DNA of 64,000 nt from Seison nebaliae (Eukaryota). The stretch lies in NCBI GenBank assembly GCA_023231475.1, contig JALJEE010002185.1:62001-126000 (forward strand), in the 5' to 3' direction. The notes below the pieces were generated by a model, which was not told the origin of the DNA, did not search any database, and saw only the letters and a list, made by a program, of their open reading frames with translations. A program made the position numbers and the translations under genes. Shown here one piece after another: positions 1-9,553 of the stretch. Within the stretch, counting starts at the first letter, position 1; every line of letters begins with the position of its first letter.

Positions 1-3
1 TAT

Positions 4-921
4 TTGAAACATGTTAAACCAGTTTTTCGTTTGATGAATGTTTATCTTGCAATATTCCAAATGATTTTCATTCACACATCGAATATGCCACATATAATTA
101 ACGGTTTCATTTTTCCCATTGAAAACAAAGACTTCTGCCGAGTATTATTATATGTCGATTCGGTATTGATCCAATTGATAATTCATTCAATTATCTTGAT
201 TATGTGGGATCAAGTTATTCCCTCATTCCTCGAACGATATCGAGGACGACGAAGACATAACGAAACCAATCCATTTGCATGCGTTACAATAACAACATTA
301 ATTTTGATTATTTTTTCCCTTCTAACAAACTCGTTATTATTGTTCGAATCGAACATCAGTGACAAGAGTTTACAAATCGAAAATGAATGGAATTGGAAAT
401 TATCAAATATGATGAATTATTTTACATTTCCCAAAGAACAAATTCAAATTATTTTAATTCAACTCATTGTCAGATATATCACGCCAATTATTATCTTATC
501 CTTCCTCACAATTATTTCATTAGTTACTCTCATAATGGAACGAAGGCAAATGCCAAACGATTTATTAGTTTACGAGCATCAAAACAAAAAAGATAATATC
601 TTGGCAAAAAATAAACGAATGATATCAATAACTAAGAATAAGAATCATATAATGGCAACAACTTTTCTTTTAGCTTTCAGCTTTATCGTATTTTCCGCAC
701 CTGATATTGTTATTCATATTCTAATTTCGATCTGTTCCAACAGGAATCTACTATGGTTGTGCGAATACGAGACGATACTTCTCGCTCAGAAAGAGATTCA
801 CATATTCTTCAACTTGTTTATTTGGATGAATTTTCCGATATTTTGGTGGACAGTTCGATCATATCGAGATGAATTCCTCCAGAATTTCACTATATTTTTA
901 CAATTTTTCAAGAAGCATTAA
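4..921 (+). CDS. Rhodopsin-class 7TM GPCR-like protein, divergent, probably 5'-partial
   Basis: 305-aa ORF with several hydrophobic segments: Cys at the top of TM3 (DFCRVLLY), TM5 RYITPIIIL, TM6 FIVFSAPD, TM7/helix 8 MNFPIFWWTVRSYRDEF. The track start is TTG at the window edge. Confidence 0.7.
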   Translation: MKHVKPVFRLMNVYLAIFQMIFIHTSNMPHIINGFIFPIENKDFCRVLLYVDSVLIQLIIHSIILIMWDQVIPSFLERYRGRRRHNETNPFACVTITTLILIIFSLLTNSLLLFESNISDKSLQIENEWNWKLSNMMNYFTFPKEQIQIILIQLIVRYITPIIILSFLTIISLVTLIMERRQMPNDLLVYEHQNKKDNILAKNKRMISITKNKNHIMATTFLLAFSFIVFSAPDIVIHILISICSNRNLLWLCEYETILLAQKEIHIFFNLFIWMNFPIFWWTVRSYRDEFLQNFTIFLQFFKKH

Positions 922-1457
922 CGAAGAAATTATCGAATAAATATTTTACTCGTAAATTTATAATAACTTCACAATTCGTATCTAATTTATTTTCTCTTAT
1001 TATTAAAATATTTTATTATTTATTGTTAATTGATGGTGATCAATCAATCGAAATTGATTTTTTTTAATAATTCTTTTAATAGATTATTTTCTTTAACTAA
1101 TCAATTCCAGTTCACATATTAGTGAGATAGAATTAATTGTAGAGAAATTCGTATAAAAAGTCGATAAAAATGATAGGAGAATTGTTATAGAATTAAACAC
1201 TTGAAAAGTTGTTGTTGAATGATTGCTTTATGAGAAAGGTGGGAACAAAATCAGAGAGATTGAAGATCCGTTTCCCATATAAGAAAAACCAATAATTAGT
1301 GTATCATTTCAATAAGATAATTAAACGGAACAATAATTATTCTATGAACTATTGAAACATTTTTTCAATTTGTTCTCACAGCAGGAAAGAGAAGTCAACG
1401 ATAAGAAGGATTCATAGTACTCATAGATCGGTCAATAGATTAATAAGAACTCCAAAT

Positions 1458-2192
1458 ATGAATTTTCTTCGGGAATATTTCCTCTTAAATCTCCTCCAAA
1501 TGATTTACGGTGGAACAAATGATCGATTGATATGTTTCAACAAAGGAATCCGTCTATTTAATTTGATATGTTATTGTAAACCGTTAATTTTGTTTCATTG
1601 TTCTTCATTCTCATAAATCTAATTCGTTTTCTAGAGGTTTTTTTGGGAATCGTTGCGAGTTTCATGTGACATCGTTCGGGTGTGGTATCAACAAAACGAA
1701 TAAAAGTGTTGCAATGAAACACGGAGAATCACGTCAATTCCAGTGTATGTTATGTGGATGTAAGTTCGGATTATTGTTCTGTATACGAACTAATTCGCAA
1801 TGTTGTTAGTACTTTCATTCTCTTCGATTACAACCAATATTATATGATTCTCTTTTTTTTGAAACGTTCAAACATCTTCAGATATGAATACACTTAAACC
1901 AACTAAACTTGTCAATCTGATAAAAAAGGAAATTCGATATTATACAACAAGATCATCTTCTCGACAAGATGTATTCAAGAGACGAATGTTCAAACGTATT
2001 GCTGAAGACACTTCATATTACGATCGTTTGTACTGGAAATCGATGTTTGAGTTACAACGATTCAATTCAGCAAAAATTGTCGAGTCATCGTCTTCCCAAA
2101 CAGATAATAATAGTGGAAGTGAAGGAACTGTAAATTATTGTCATTTAATTTTAACTTTCATATTTATTCAACATGTTCTCTCCTTCTCTTAA
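1458..2192 (+). CDS. EGF-CFC family protein (Cripto/Cryptic/one-eyed-pinhead-like); 3 exons 1458-1582, 1635-1804, 1882-2192; 201 aa
   Basis: Spliced translation: signal-like MNFLREYFLLNLLQMIYG; EGF-like ICFNKGIRLFNLICYCKPGFFGNRCE; CFC domain CGINKTNKSVAMKHGESRQFQCMLCGCKFGLLFCIRTNSQC; C-terminal small-residue stretch plus hydrophobic tail (SGSEGTVNYCHLILTFIFIQHVLSFS), GPI-signal-like. Both GT-AG introns (52 and 77 nt) keep the frame. Confidence 0.8.
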
Positions 2193-2634
2193 CGATTTTT
2201 TTGTTTATTATCAATAAATAAAAATAACAAGAAAATATATCGACGTGATTATTGATCTTACTAGTCAAATAAAATGTCAGTTACTTATCGTCTTGATGAA
2301 TTCTCGTCCTTCTAATTATTTTTTGTCTTTTCATTTACTCATCTTTCTTAATGATTGATCTTAATATCAATAATAGATAAAGAAGGTAAAAGGAGAGGAA
2401 ACTCCTAAAATAAATATTAGAGAAACTAGTTCACTCTACAAGAAGCGTATATCATGTTACTTAAAACTACTTCTTGTTCTTATCTCACATTTCCTTTTAT
2501 TATCATTATATCAAAACTATATCATTATACTGCTGATTCTTATAGATAAGATTGCAACTTTATATTTTATAAGAAAAATTTGTTGTTTTGAATTTATTTT
2601 CATTTATCAAAATTATCAAATCGAAGAAAATTAG

Positions 2635-3605
2635 ACAAGAAAGAAGCTGGTCGAAATAAGGAGAATGAAGAAGAAATCGATTTCCAAATACTACAATAAA
2701 AAAATCGATGATGGAACAAGTGATGATGATGACGAAAGTGATGATGATGATGATGTCAGTGGAACAAAATATGAGTATGATAAACATAATAATGATAGTT
2801 TAATGTATAATGAAATAAAGAAAAAAGGAGAAAATTTCGGTACGGATGACAATTTGACTAATTTCCTTCAAATAAATAACATTACTCAGAATAAATGGAA
2901 TGAATTGTGTTCTTTTCGTCAATACTTAGGAAACATCAATGTAACACTTGAATATCATCACGAAATTCGAAGAATTTTAAAAGAAATGTGTCCACCCCAA
3001 CATTTCTCTTACTCCACATACGCCACCAAATGCAAATTAATCGATTGCAACAAATCTCCGTGTTATGTTCAAATTCAAAAAAATGGAAATAGACAAGAAC
3101 ATTGCAATTGTTTCTGGACTAGATCAGGAACTTATTGTCAGAGATGTTTCTAATTTCCATTAAACTTCTCTTATCTAATTCTATTTCAGTGAGTTCTTCA
3201 GTAATCATTCTTTTCGTTCTATCGATAGTCGTAATTATTTCAGTTCTCGCCTTTAGTGCATTTTTCACTTATCGTCGATCAAAGAAGAGACGTCGAGAAA
3301 TTGATCGAATCGTCACGTCACCATATCGGATAAAGAAGTCATTACAAATGAAGAATTCATTGAATGGAAAGAAGGAAGAAAGTAGAAAGGAGACTGAAAA
3401 AAATTTGAAATCTTCGACCTCTTTAATTTCGATAGTATCGGAGTATATGAATGAAGTGAATATGGAGGAGAGGTTAAAGAAGAAGAGTAAGAAAGAACGA
3501 ACAAATATCCATCAGTTGTATCTGCCTCCTCGAAAGACATTACCCGCGATTTTCATGCGGGACGATGGTATGACACATTCTTATCATGATATTGAATCTA
3601 TTTAA
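2635..3605 (+). CDS. Single-pass membrane protein with a juxtamembrane EGF-like domain; intron 3146-3189; 5' end uncertain
   Basis: ORF 2665-3153 ends in CKLIDCNKSPCYVQ...HCNCFWTRSGTYCQR (6-Cys EGF-like). A 44-nt GTTTCT..TTCAG intron joins it in frame to a TM segment (VIILFVLSIVVIISVLAFSAFFTY) and basic stop-transfer RRSKKRRR of ORF 3135-3605. Confidence 0.65.
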
Positions 3606-3609
3606 TAAA

Positions 3610-4342
3610 TTATTTAAAATTATTTCTGGTGGCTTCTTTAAAGAGTGGAGAGATCTCTCTAAATTTCGGATGTTTTGCCGATATCATCAAACGGAAAATT
3701 ATATTTTCTCCAGTTCCCAAATGAACATTCGGTACACGATCAAACGATTTAAGTGCATATTTCCTTCAAATATTTAATAACTTTCTAACAAATACGAAAT
3801 AAGAACCTATCTGTCAATGATCTGGAAGTCACACAATCCACCGGAATATAAACTTCTTTTCCTTCTTCAACTAGATCCATAACTGTCTGATAAATACAAA
3901 CATGTGCTTCGATTCCACATAAAATAATTGATTCATAATCTTATCGTTAATGATTAAAATTATTATAAGAAATTTTATCGATAAAAAAACTTTTATGATT
4001 ATCATCAAGATATGTTCGTATATCATCAGTCAACATGGAGAATTGAAACTTTTCAAATTTTTCGGCTGTTGTAGGAAGTTTTAATTCATCAACAAGTCGT
4101 CCTAATGCTTAAATATATTTCGATTGTTTGTAATTTTTATGCAAACAAATTTTAAAACCTTTTGGTACCTGCTCAGTGGCAATGATAGGCAATTGCAGAT
4201 GTTCCGCTGACTTAATAATCCGATTAGTCGAATGAACCACATCGTTAAAACCGATTGAATGTTTGGCGAATTTTCCTTGCAAATCACAAATGAATAACAA
4301 TGTATTTTTTGTTTTCAGTTTTCCAAAACCTTTGGATATCAT
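3610..4342 (-). CDS. Isochorismatase domain-containing protein (ISOC1/ISOC2-like), 4 exons
   Basis: Motifs LFICDLQGKF, ATEQVPKALG, FEKFQFSM, ILCGIEAHVCIYQTVMDL, PVDCVTSRSLTDR joined by three short GTT..AG introns; stop TAA at 3612-3610. Confidence 0.9.
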
Positions 4343-4669
4343 CTTAATTATAATTATGTTTTCTGCTTATCACTTAAAATCTGACAAGACAAACTACTTG
4401 GTTTGAAATTCTCCATGGCTCTCCTTTCAAAAATGAAGAACATCTTCTTTTTAAAAAACTGTAGACTTAAAATACTATTGTTCTCATGGAGATATCTTAT
4501 GTTTGTTTTGTTTAAAAAATAAGTTAAATTGAAATTAAAATTATCAAATCAAATGAGTCTTTTTAACTGAACATTTTAACTTTAGACAATTTAAATTATT
4601 TTTAAATAAATGATTTTAAAAGTATTCTGTAACATATTACTTGATAGAGTGATTACCAAATGAAATCTA

Positions 4670-5441
4670 CTACTCCACAAAATTTTAAAAATTTTATGGT
4701 TATTCCATTTAAAATTTAAGTAGTTTATGTTGCTCTTTTTAAAAAAACACGTTCTAATAAATATGGAAAAAGGAAAACTATTATCAGTTGATGAGAAGGC
4801 GAAGATAGAGGCATACATTGATTATACATTGTTAAAAGACGGATCTTTGTCGGAGACTGTGGTGGGTTTGGAGAGTGTCGGGACGTCATATTAATAAGAT
4901 CAACAAGATATAGTTTATTCAGAAGAAAACTCGACAGCAACACGTTATCGTTGTTCCTCAGTCTAACTTTTGTTACACCACAACACATTACGCTTAATTT
5001 ATAATCCGTCTAGGACATTTATCTGACAAGTTAGGCTTACGTTGTTAGACTATTATTTAAAAACCATCTTACAATAACGAAAGGCATCAATAATATAGAT
5101 GCTAATAATTTCACCAATCGCAATTTCCTGAAGAATAAAAAGAATTATAGTTCTAACATGAAACGGTCAATTACTGACCGAACTACCAGAGCAATCTGTA
5201 AAGAAGCTCTAAACGCTCGAAACTCTTGTCCTAAGATAAAGGAAAATTTTAAATTGGACATTTCCAGCCAAACAATTCGGCGCGTCATAAAGGAATATGC
5301 CAATATAGAACCAAGAAAATATAAAGTGGTTCTAAAAATGAACAAAAAACATAAAGATAATCGGGTTAAAATATGTTCCCATTTATTCCTGATTATTGGC
5401 TTTACGTGTATTTTAATACGTTTTAAAATTTTGTGAAGTAG
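4670..5441 (+). mobile_element. Non-autonomous, internally deleted Tc1/mariner element
   Basis: TA|CTACTCCACAAAATTTTAAAA at 4670 and TTTTAAAATTTTGTGAAGTAG|TA at 5421-5441 (21-bp inverted repeat, 1 mismatch, TA on both sides). Internal HTH-region relic ISSQTIRRVIKE...MNKKHKDNRVKIC (5158-5436). Confidence 0.8.
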
Positions 5442-6225
5442 TATATGAATGAGGAGATAAGCAATTTTTCGAATCCAATTTAGAATTCTAATTTTTGGAC
5501 AATCGAAATTTTATTGGTTAATTTCTGAATTGTCTGAGGTGCGATAAAATAGAAAATTACATAACTATGCAATATTTTATTTATGTTGTCATCACTATCT
5601 TCATCTGTCATCCATTCCAAAAATCCTGTATTTAAGATTTTAATATTTTTTGGTTTGTTATTGCATCTTGTTTATTAATTAAATTCAAACAATGTTTTAT
5701 CCGGCTTGTAATCTAATTGCATTTCCGTTTGGGTGGATGAATTTATTAACATCGCATTGCATTATAAACGTAAGCATTTATATTATTATCATTAATTATA
5801 AATAATTTGATATTATCATTGATTTTTATTATATATACATGTATATATATATTCTCGGGTGTGGAAACAAATGAACCATTAAAATCCCTAACATGTTATG
5901 AAATACTAACTACTTCGTTATTCTATAATGAACAACTCTCCTAAAGGTTAGACACATGAACCAAATTAAATATTCTTAATATTTTTAATGAAACTGTGAA
6001 CTATGACGCTTGTTAAAGATGTTAGTTGCAAATGGATATTGTTTGAATGAGAAATTCAAGATTGGAGGTCAGATAATTATCTAGTTGGTAAAGAATTATA
6101 AATTACATAACAGAAGGTGACGTCATGTCAGGAATATAACAAGATAAATAACATTCCTTATAACATTAATTTATAACTTCCGAATAACTTGTTTGAAACT
6201 TATTCACAATTTTCGATTCAAAATA

Positions 6226-6453
6226 ATGTATCCCTACATTCTTAATCCTGAATATAACATGTTTGCACATCCATGGTTGAATATGGCCCAAGAGAATCCA
6301 ACTCCATCATCAGGAATAAGTGGACCATTAGGCGCACTGACTGGAGGTTTTCTCGGAATGAAGGTACTGAGTTTTATGAACGATGGGGCGGAAGTGGTAG
6401 CAGATGATTCGATATTTGAAATTGTGGGAGATATTGTTGGAGCAATCTTTTAA
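6226..6453 (+). CDS. Small orphan protein (75 aa) with a Gly-rich hydrophobic segment
   Basis: ATG at 6226; GC-richer, coding-like ORF (GISGPLGALTGGFLGM...IVGDIVGAIF) in AT-rich flanks. No recognised family. Confidence 0.5.
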   Translation: MYPYILNPEYNMFAHPWLNMAQENPTPSSGISGPLGALTGGFLGMKVLSFMNDGAEVVADDSIFEIVGDIVGAIF

Positions 6454-6737
6454 TCAATCCCTCAAAAGGCCTAGTTTCTATAAAAGCGCATATAGAATCG
6501 AATTAAATCATTTCCTATATATTTGTTTATTGAAAAGAAATTTGAGATTTCTTTTATAAATTATTTTCCTTTTTTTATATATTCATTCATTAACTATATG
6601 AATACAGATTTAAAAAACGTCGCCTATTTAAGTAACATATTTATGGAATAAATCTTGACCGAAAACTTTAAATATCACAGTAATCATAGACAAGTAAAGA
6701 AACCCACGAAAATCTAAAGATGCATTGACCAAGATAA

Positions 6738-7470
6738 CTACTCCACAAAATTTTAAAACCTATCAAAATTAATGTAAAGCCAATTTTCAGGAATAAAATT
6801 CTACAAAATTTTTATGTTTACAAAAATCATTTAAAATTGAAGTAGTTTAAGTTGTTTTTAAAAAAAACACGCTCTAATAAAAACGGGGAAAGGAAAAGGA
6901 TTATCAGTTGAGGCGAAGCGTATATTAATGCCAATATCTCTGTAGTAGATATTGCCGTAGCCTTACCGTAATTCATAATTCTAAGAAAATTATATAAAAA
7001 ATATGAGAAGGGCAGGTAGATCCAAGTCAAAGGGCCCAAAAATGAACCAAAAACATAAAGATAATCCGGTAAAAATATGCTCTGAATGGTTAAACGTCGG
7101 ATTAAACTTTCGAACCATTATTTTCTTCAGTGAGAAGAAATTTAACCTTGATGGGCTCGATGGATATTCGAACGGAGCCAAAAAAATTTCCAAATCGCAG
7201 TTTCGAAGGTTAAAGGTATGGGCAGCCATTGGATATGACGGGAAAAGCGTCATTTATGTGATGGATGGAGGTAGAATTAATTTCGAAGGATATTGTCAAA
7301 TCGTAGAACAATAATTAGTTCCTTTTGTTAAAGAATATCCTTCCTCACTCTTTCAACACATGGATGGAAAACCACAACATAAAAACTCTTTAATTGAACT
7401 CTGAACTTCAATTAGTCCAAATTTAATTATAATTTGATTTGCTTCTTCTTATTCCTCTCATATATGAAGG
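6738..7470 (+). mobile_element. Degenerate Tc1/mariner transposase relic, same family as 4670-5441
   Basis: Same left end CTACTCCACAAAATTTTAAAA at 6738. ORF 7003-7314 has IIFFSEKKFNLDGLDG and KVWAAIGYDGKS (Tc1 DDE-region motifs, first catalytic D missing). Right end not found, so the end coordinate is approximate. Confidence 0.75.
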
Positions 7471-7882
7471 ACCGTATATAGAAGATGTTACGGTTCCGTT
7501 ATAAATTCTGAGTATGTTCTATTACGTTATGAACTACCAGATTGAAGAGATGTAACGTCTCAGATATTGTTTATAGTGACGAAAAAAATTTCGTTTGGCG
7601 ATTCGATTGATTCAGAATGATTCAAAAGATCAATTCAGATAACTCAATCATTTTGACTATTTAACGGTCCTAGTTATAGTTTACGGCAGCCAGCTCGATT
7701 GAAGTTACTGCTTTTCAGAATTTGATAAGAATTTTCTTAGCATTGATAAAATATCCCTTATTCATACAACGTATATGTTACAAAAAACTTGAATCTTATA
7801 ATTTTAATGGAATGAAACTCTTCAAAATTAAGAAAACTAAACAATTTTATTTCGTTTAGAATCACATTAATAGAATAGATAT

Positions 7883-7937
7883 GACTAATCATTAGACTAA
7901 TCATTAGACTAATCATTAGACTAATAGATTATTAGTC
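7883..7937. repeat. 12-bp tandem repeat (GACTAATCATTA x3.5) ending in an 8-bp inverted repeat
   Basis: GACTAATCATTA at 7883, 7895 and 7907, then GACTAATA-GAT-TATTAGTC at 7919-7937. Confidence 0.85.
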
Positions 7938-8764
7938 TTTCTTATTTTACCCATTAAATTAGATGAAATTATATTATAAGCAGAGTTCCGACGAAAACTG
8001 AACGAAATGATTCCCTAATATATTTATGTTCTTGAAGCATAAGAAATATTTTTGAAGTATGTGATTGAAAGATAAAATTTTATGTTAAATTTTATTGAAT
8101 TTGGAACAAGTTGAGTTAAACTTTTTCAATGTTGAAAATTGACTTCGATTCAATAGAGGAACTCAATATATCGTCGAATTAAAAAGTTTTGAGAAAGTGA
8201 ATGATGACGGAGGAAATCGATTGTTAATAAGTTTATGCGATGAGAATTGACAAGATAATTGAGAAATGGACAAGTTAGAATCGTAGATCATCCAAAATTT
8301 TCGTATATATCAAAATTAAAAAAAAAAGAATATAGTGAACAACGTTGAATTTTACAAATATTAATTTGAATTGAATGACCATACTCGTAATGCCGAACAT
8401 AAATAATATTTAAAATATAACATTTCCATTTACGTCCCAATAGTTTTTTTAAAGAATAAGATCTCTGTAATACATCCCATTCTTCTACATCGAACAAATG
8501 TTCTAGATTTGTGGAAAAATATCATTATGTTCATTAGATCAAGTAAGTAGCATGTTTGATTGACCGGCGGTATTCGTACTAATATGATGATGATCCACGT
8601 AAAGTATACGTATTTTTTCACATTAGCCATGCACTTTCCGAGTCAAACATACGTATGAAGTCTACGATAAAATAAAAATGAATATACGTTCCAACTGTCG
8701 TTAGAAGGATCTGTGAGTAACCAAATGTTATTTTTGGAGAAATGAATATACGTTTGTCTATATC

Positions 8765-8798
8765 TGTGTGTCTGTGTGTGTGTGTGTGTGTATGTGTG
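8765..8798. repeat. Imperfect (TG)n microsatellite
   Basis: tgtgtgtctgtgtgtgtgtgtgtgtgtatgtgtg, downstream of the HMGB stop. Confidence 0.85.
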
Positions 8799-8919
8799 TT
8801 TATAAAGAAATGTGATATATAATATATAAATTCAAAGTAAAAAGGTGTTTAAGAAAGTTTTCCGACTGCGAAAGTCGTCAACCACAATCATTCGTTTCCT
8901 TTCGCATAGGACAGATCAT

Positions 8920-9553
8920 TTACTCATCCTCATCATCATCGATATCTTTCTTCTGTCCTCGATATATCGCCATATCATTTTCATATCTGGCTTTATCTTT
9001 GGCAGCAAGCTCTTCATATTTCTTACGAAACTCCGGAGTTACTTTGTTCCATCTTTCTCCCAACTCCTTCGCAATCTCACCGATACCCATGGATGGTTTT
9101 TCACTTTTGACTTTGGATCGTTCTTCCGCACAATACATAAAAAATGCAGATCTAAAATAATAGAATCAAATGAATAAACATATTATAATTATATCCAACA
9201 GTGGCCGTTTTGGAGCGTTAGGATCTTTGATCTTCTTCTTCTTTCGTGTTTGCTCTCCTGGTGGTGGGACATATGCTGACATTTCTCGATCAAATCGATC
9301 CTTGTCCTTGTCAGCGAGATCGGTGAAACGTTTTTTTTCAATTGCATTCATTTGCTGGAAAATTGAAATTAAGGTTAGAGAATTAAATGACAAAGCAAAA
9401 TTGAACTTTCCATTTGACGGAACATTTTCGCGAAAATTCCGTAAAGTTAATACTTTCATTTGGATGTTTCTTCTTGTGTTCTTCTCGACAGGTTTGTACA
9501 AAGAACGTATAAGACGACATACGGCCCTTGGGCTTCTGCTTATCTTTCACCAT
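8920..9553 (-). CDS. HMGB: High-mobility group protein B (two HMG boxes, short acidic tail); exons 9553-9407, 9354-9200, 9151-8920; 177 aa
   Basis: [31 protein letters not shown]...[10 protein letters not shown] / [10 protein letters not shown] / [15 protein letters not shown]...DDDEDE; introns of 52 and 48 nt, both GTT..AG. Confidence 0.95.

Noticed and set aside
5443..5520. Segment loosely similar to the reverse complement of 7405-7465
   Set aside because: AT-rich and gapped; not distinguishable from chance by eye.
7883..7937. Possible CRISPR-like array
   Set aside because: The units are contiguous with no spacers, the context is eukaryotic and there are no cas genes.
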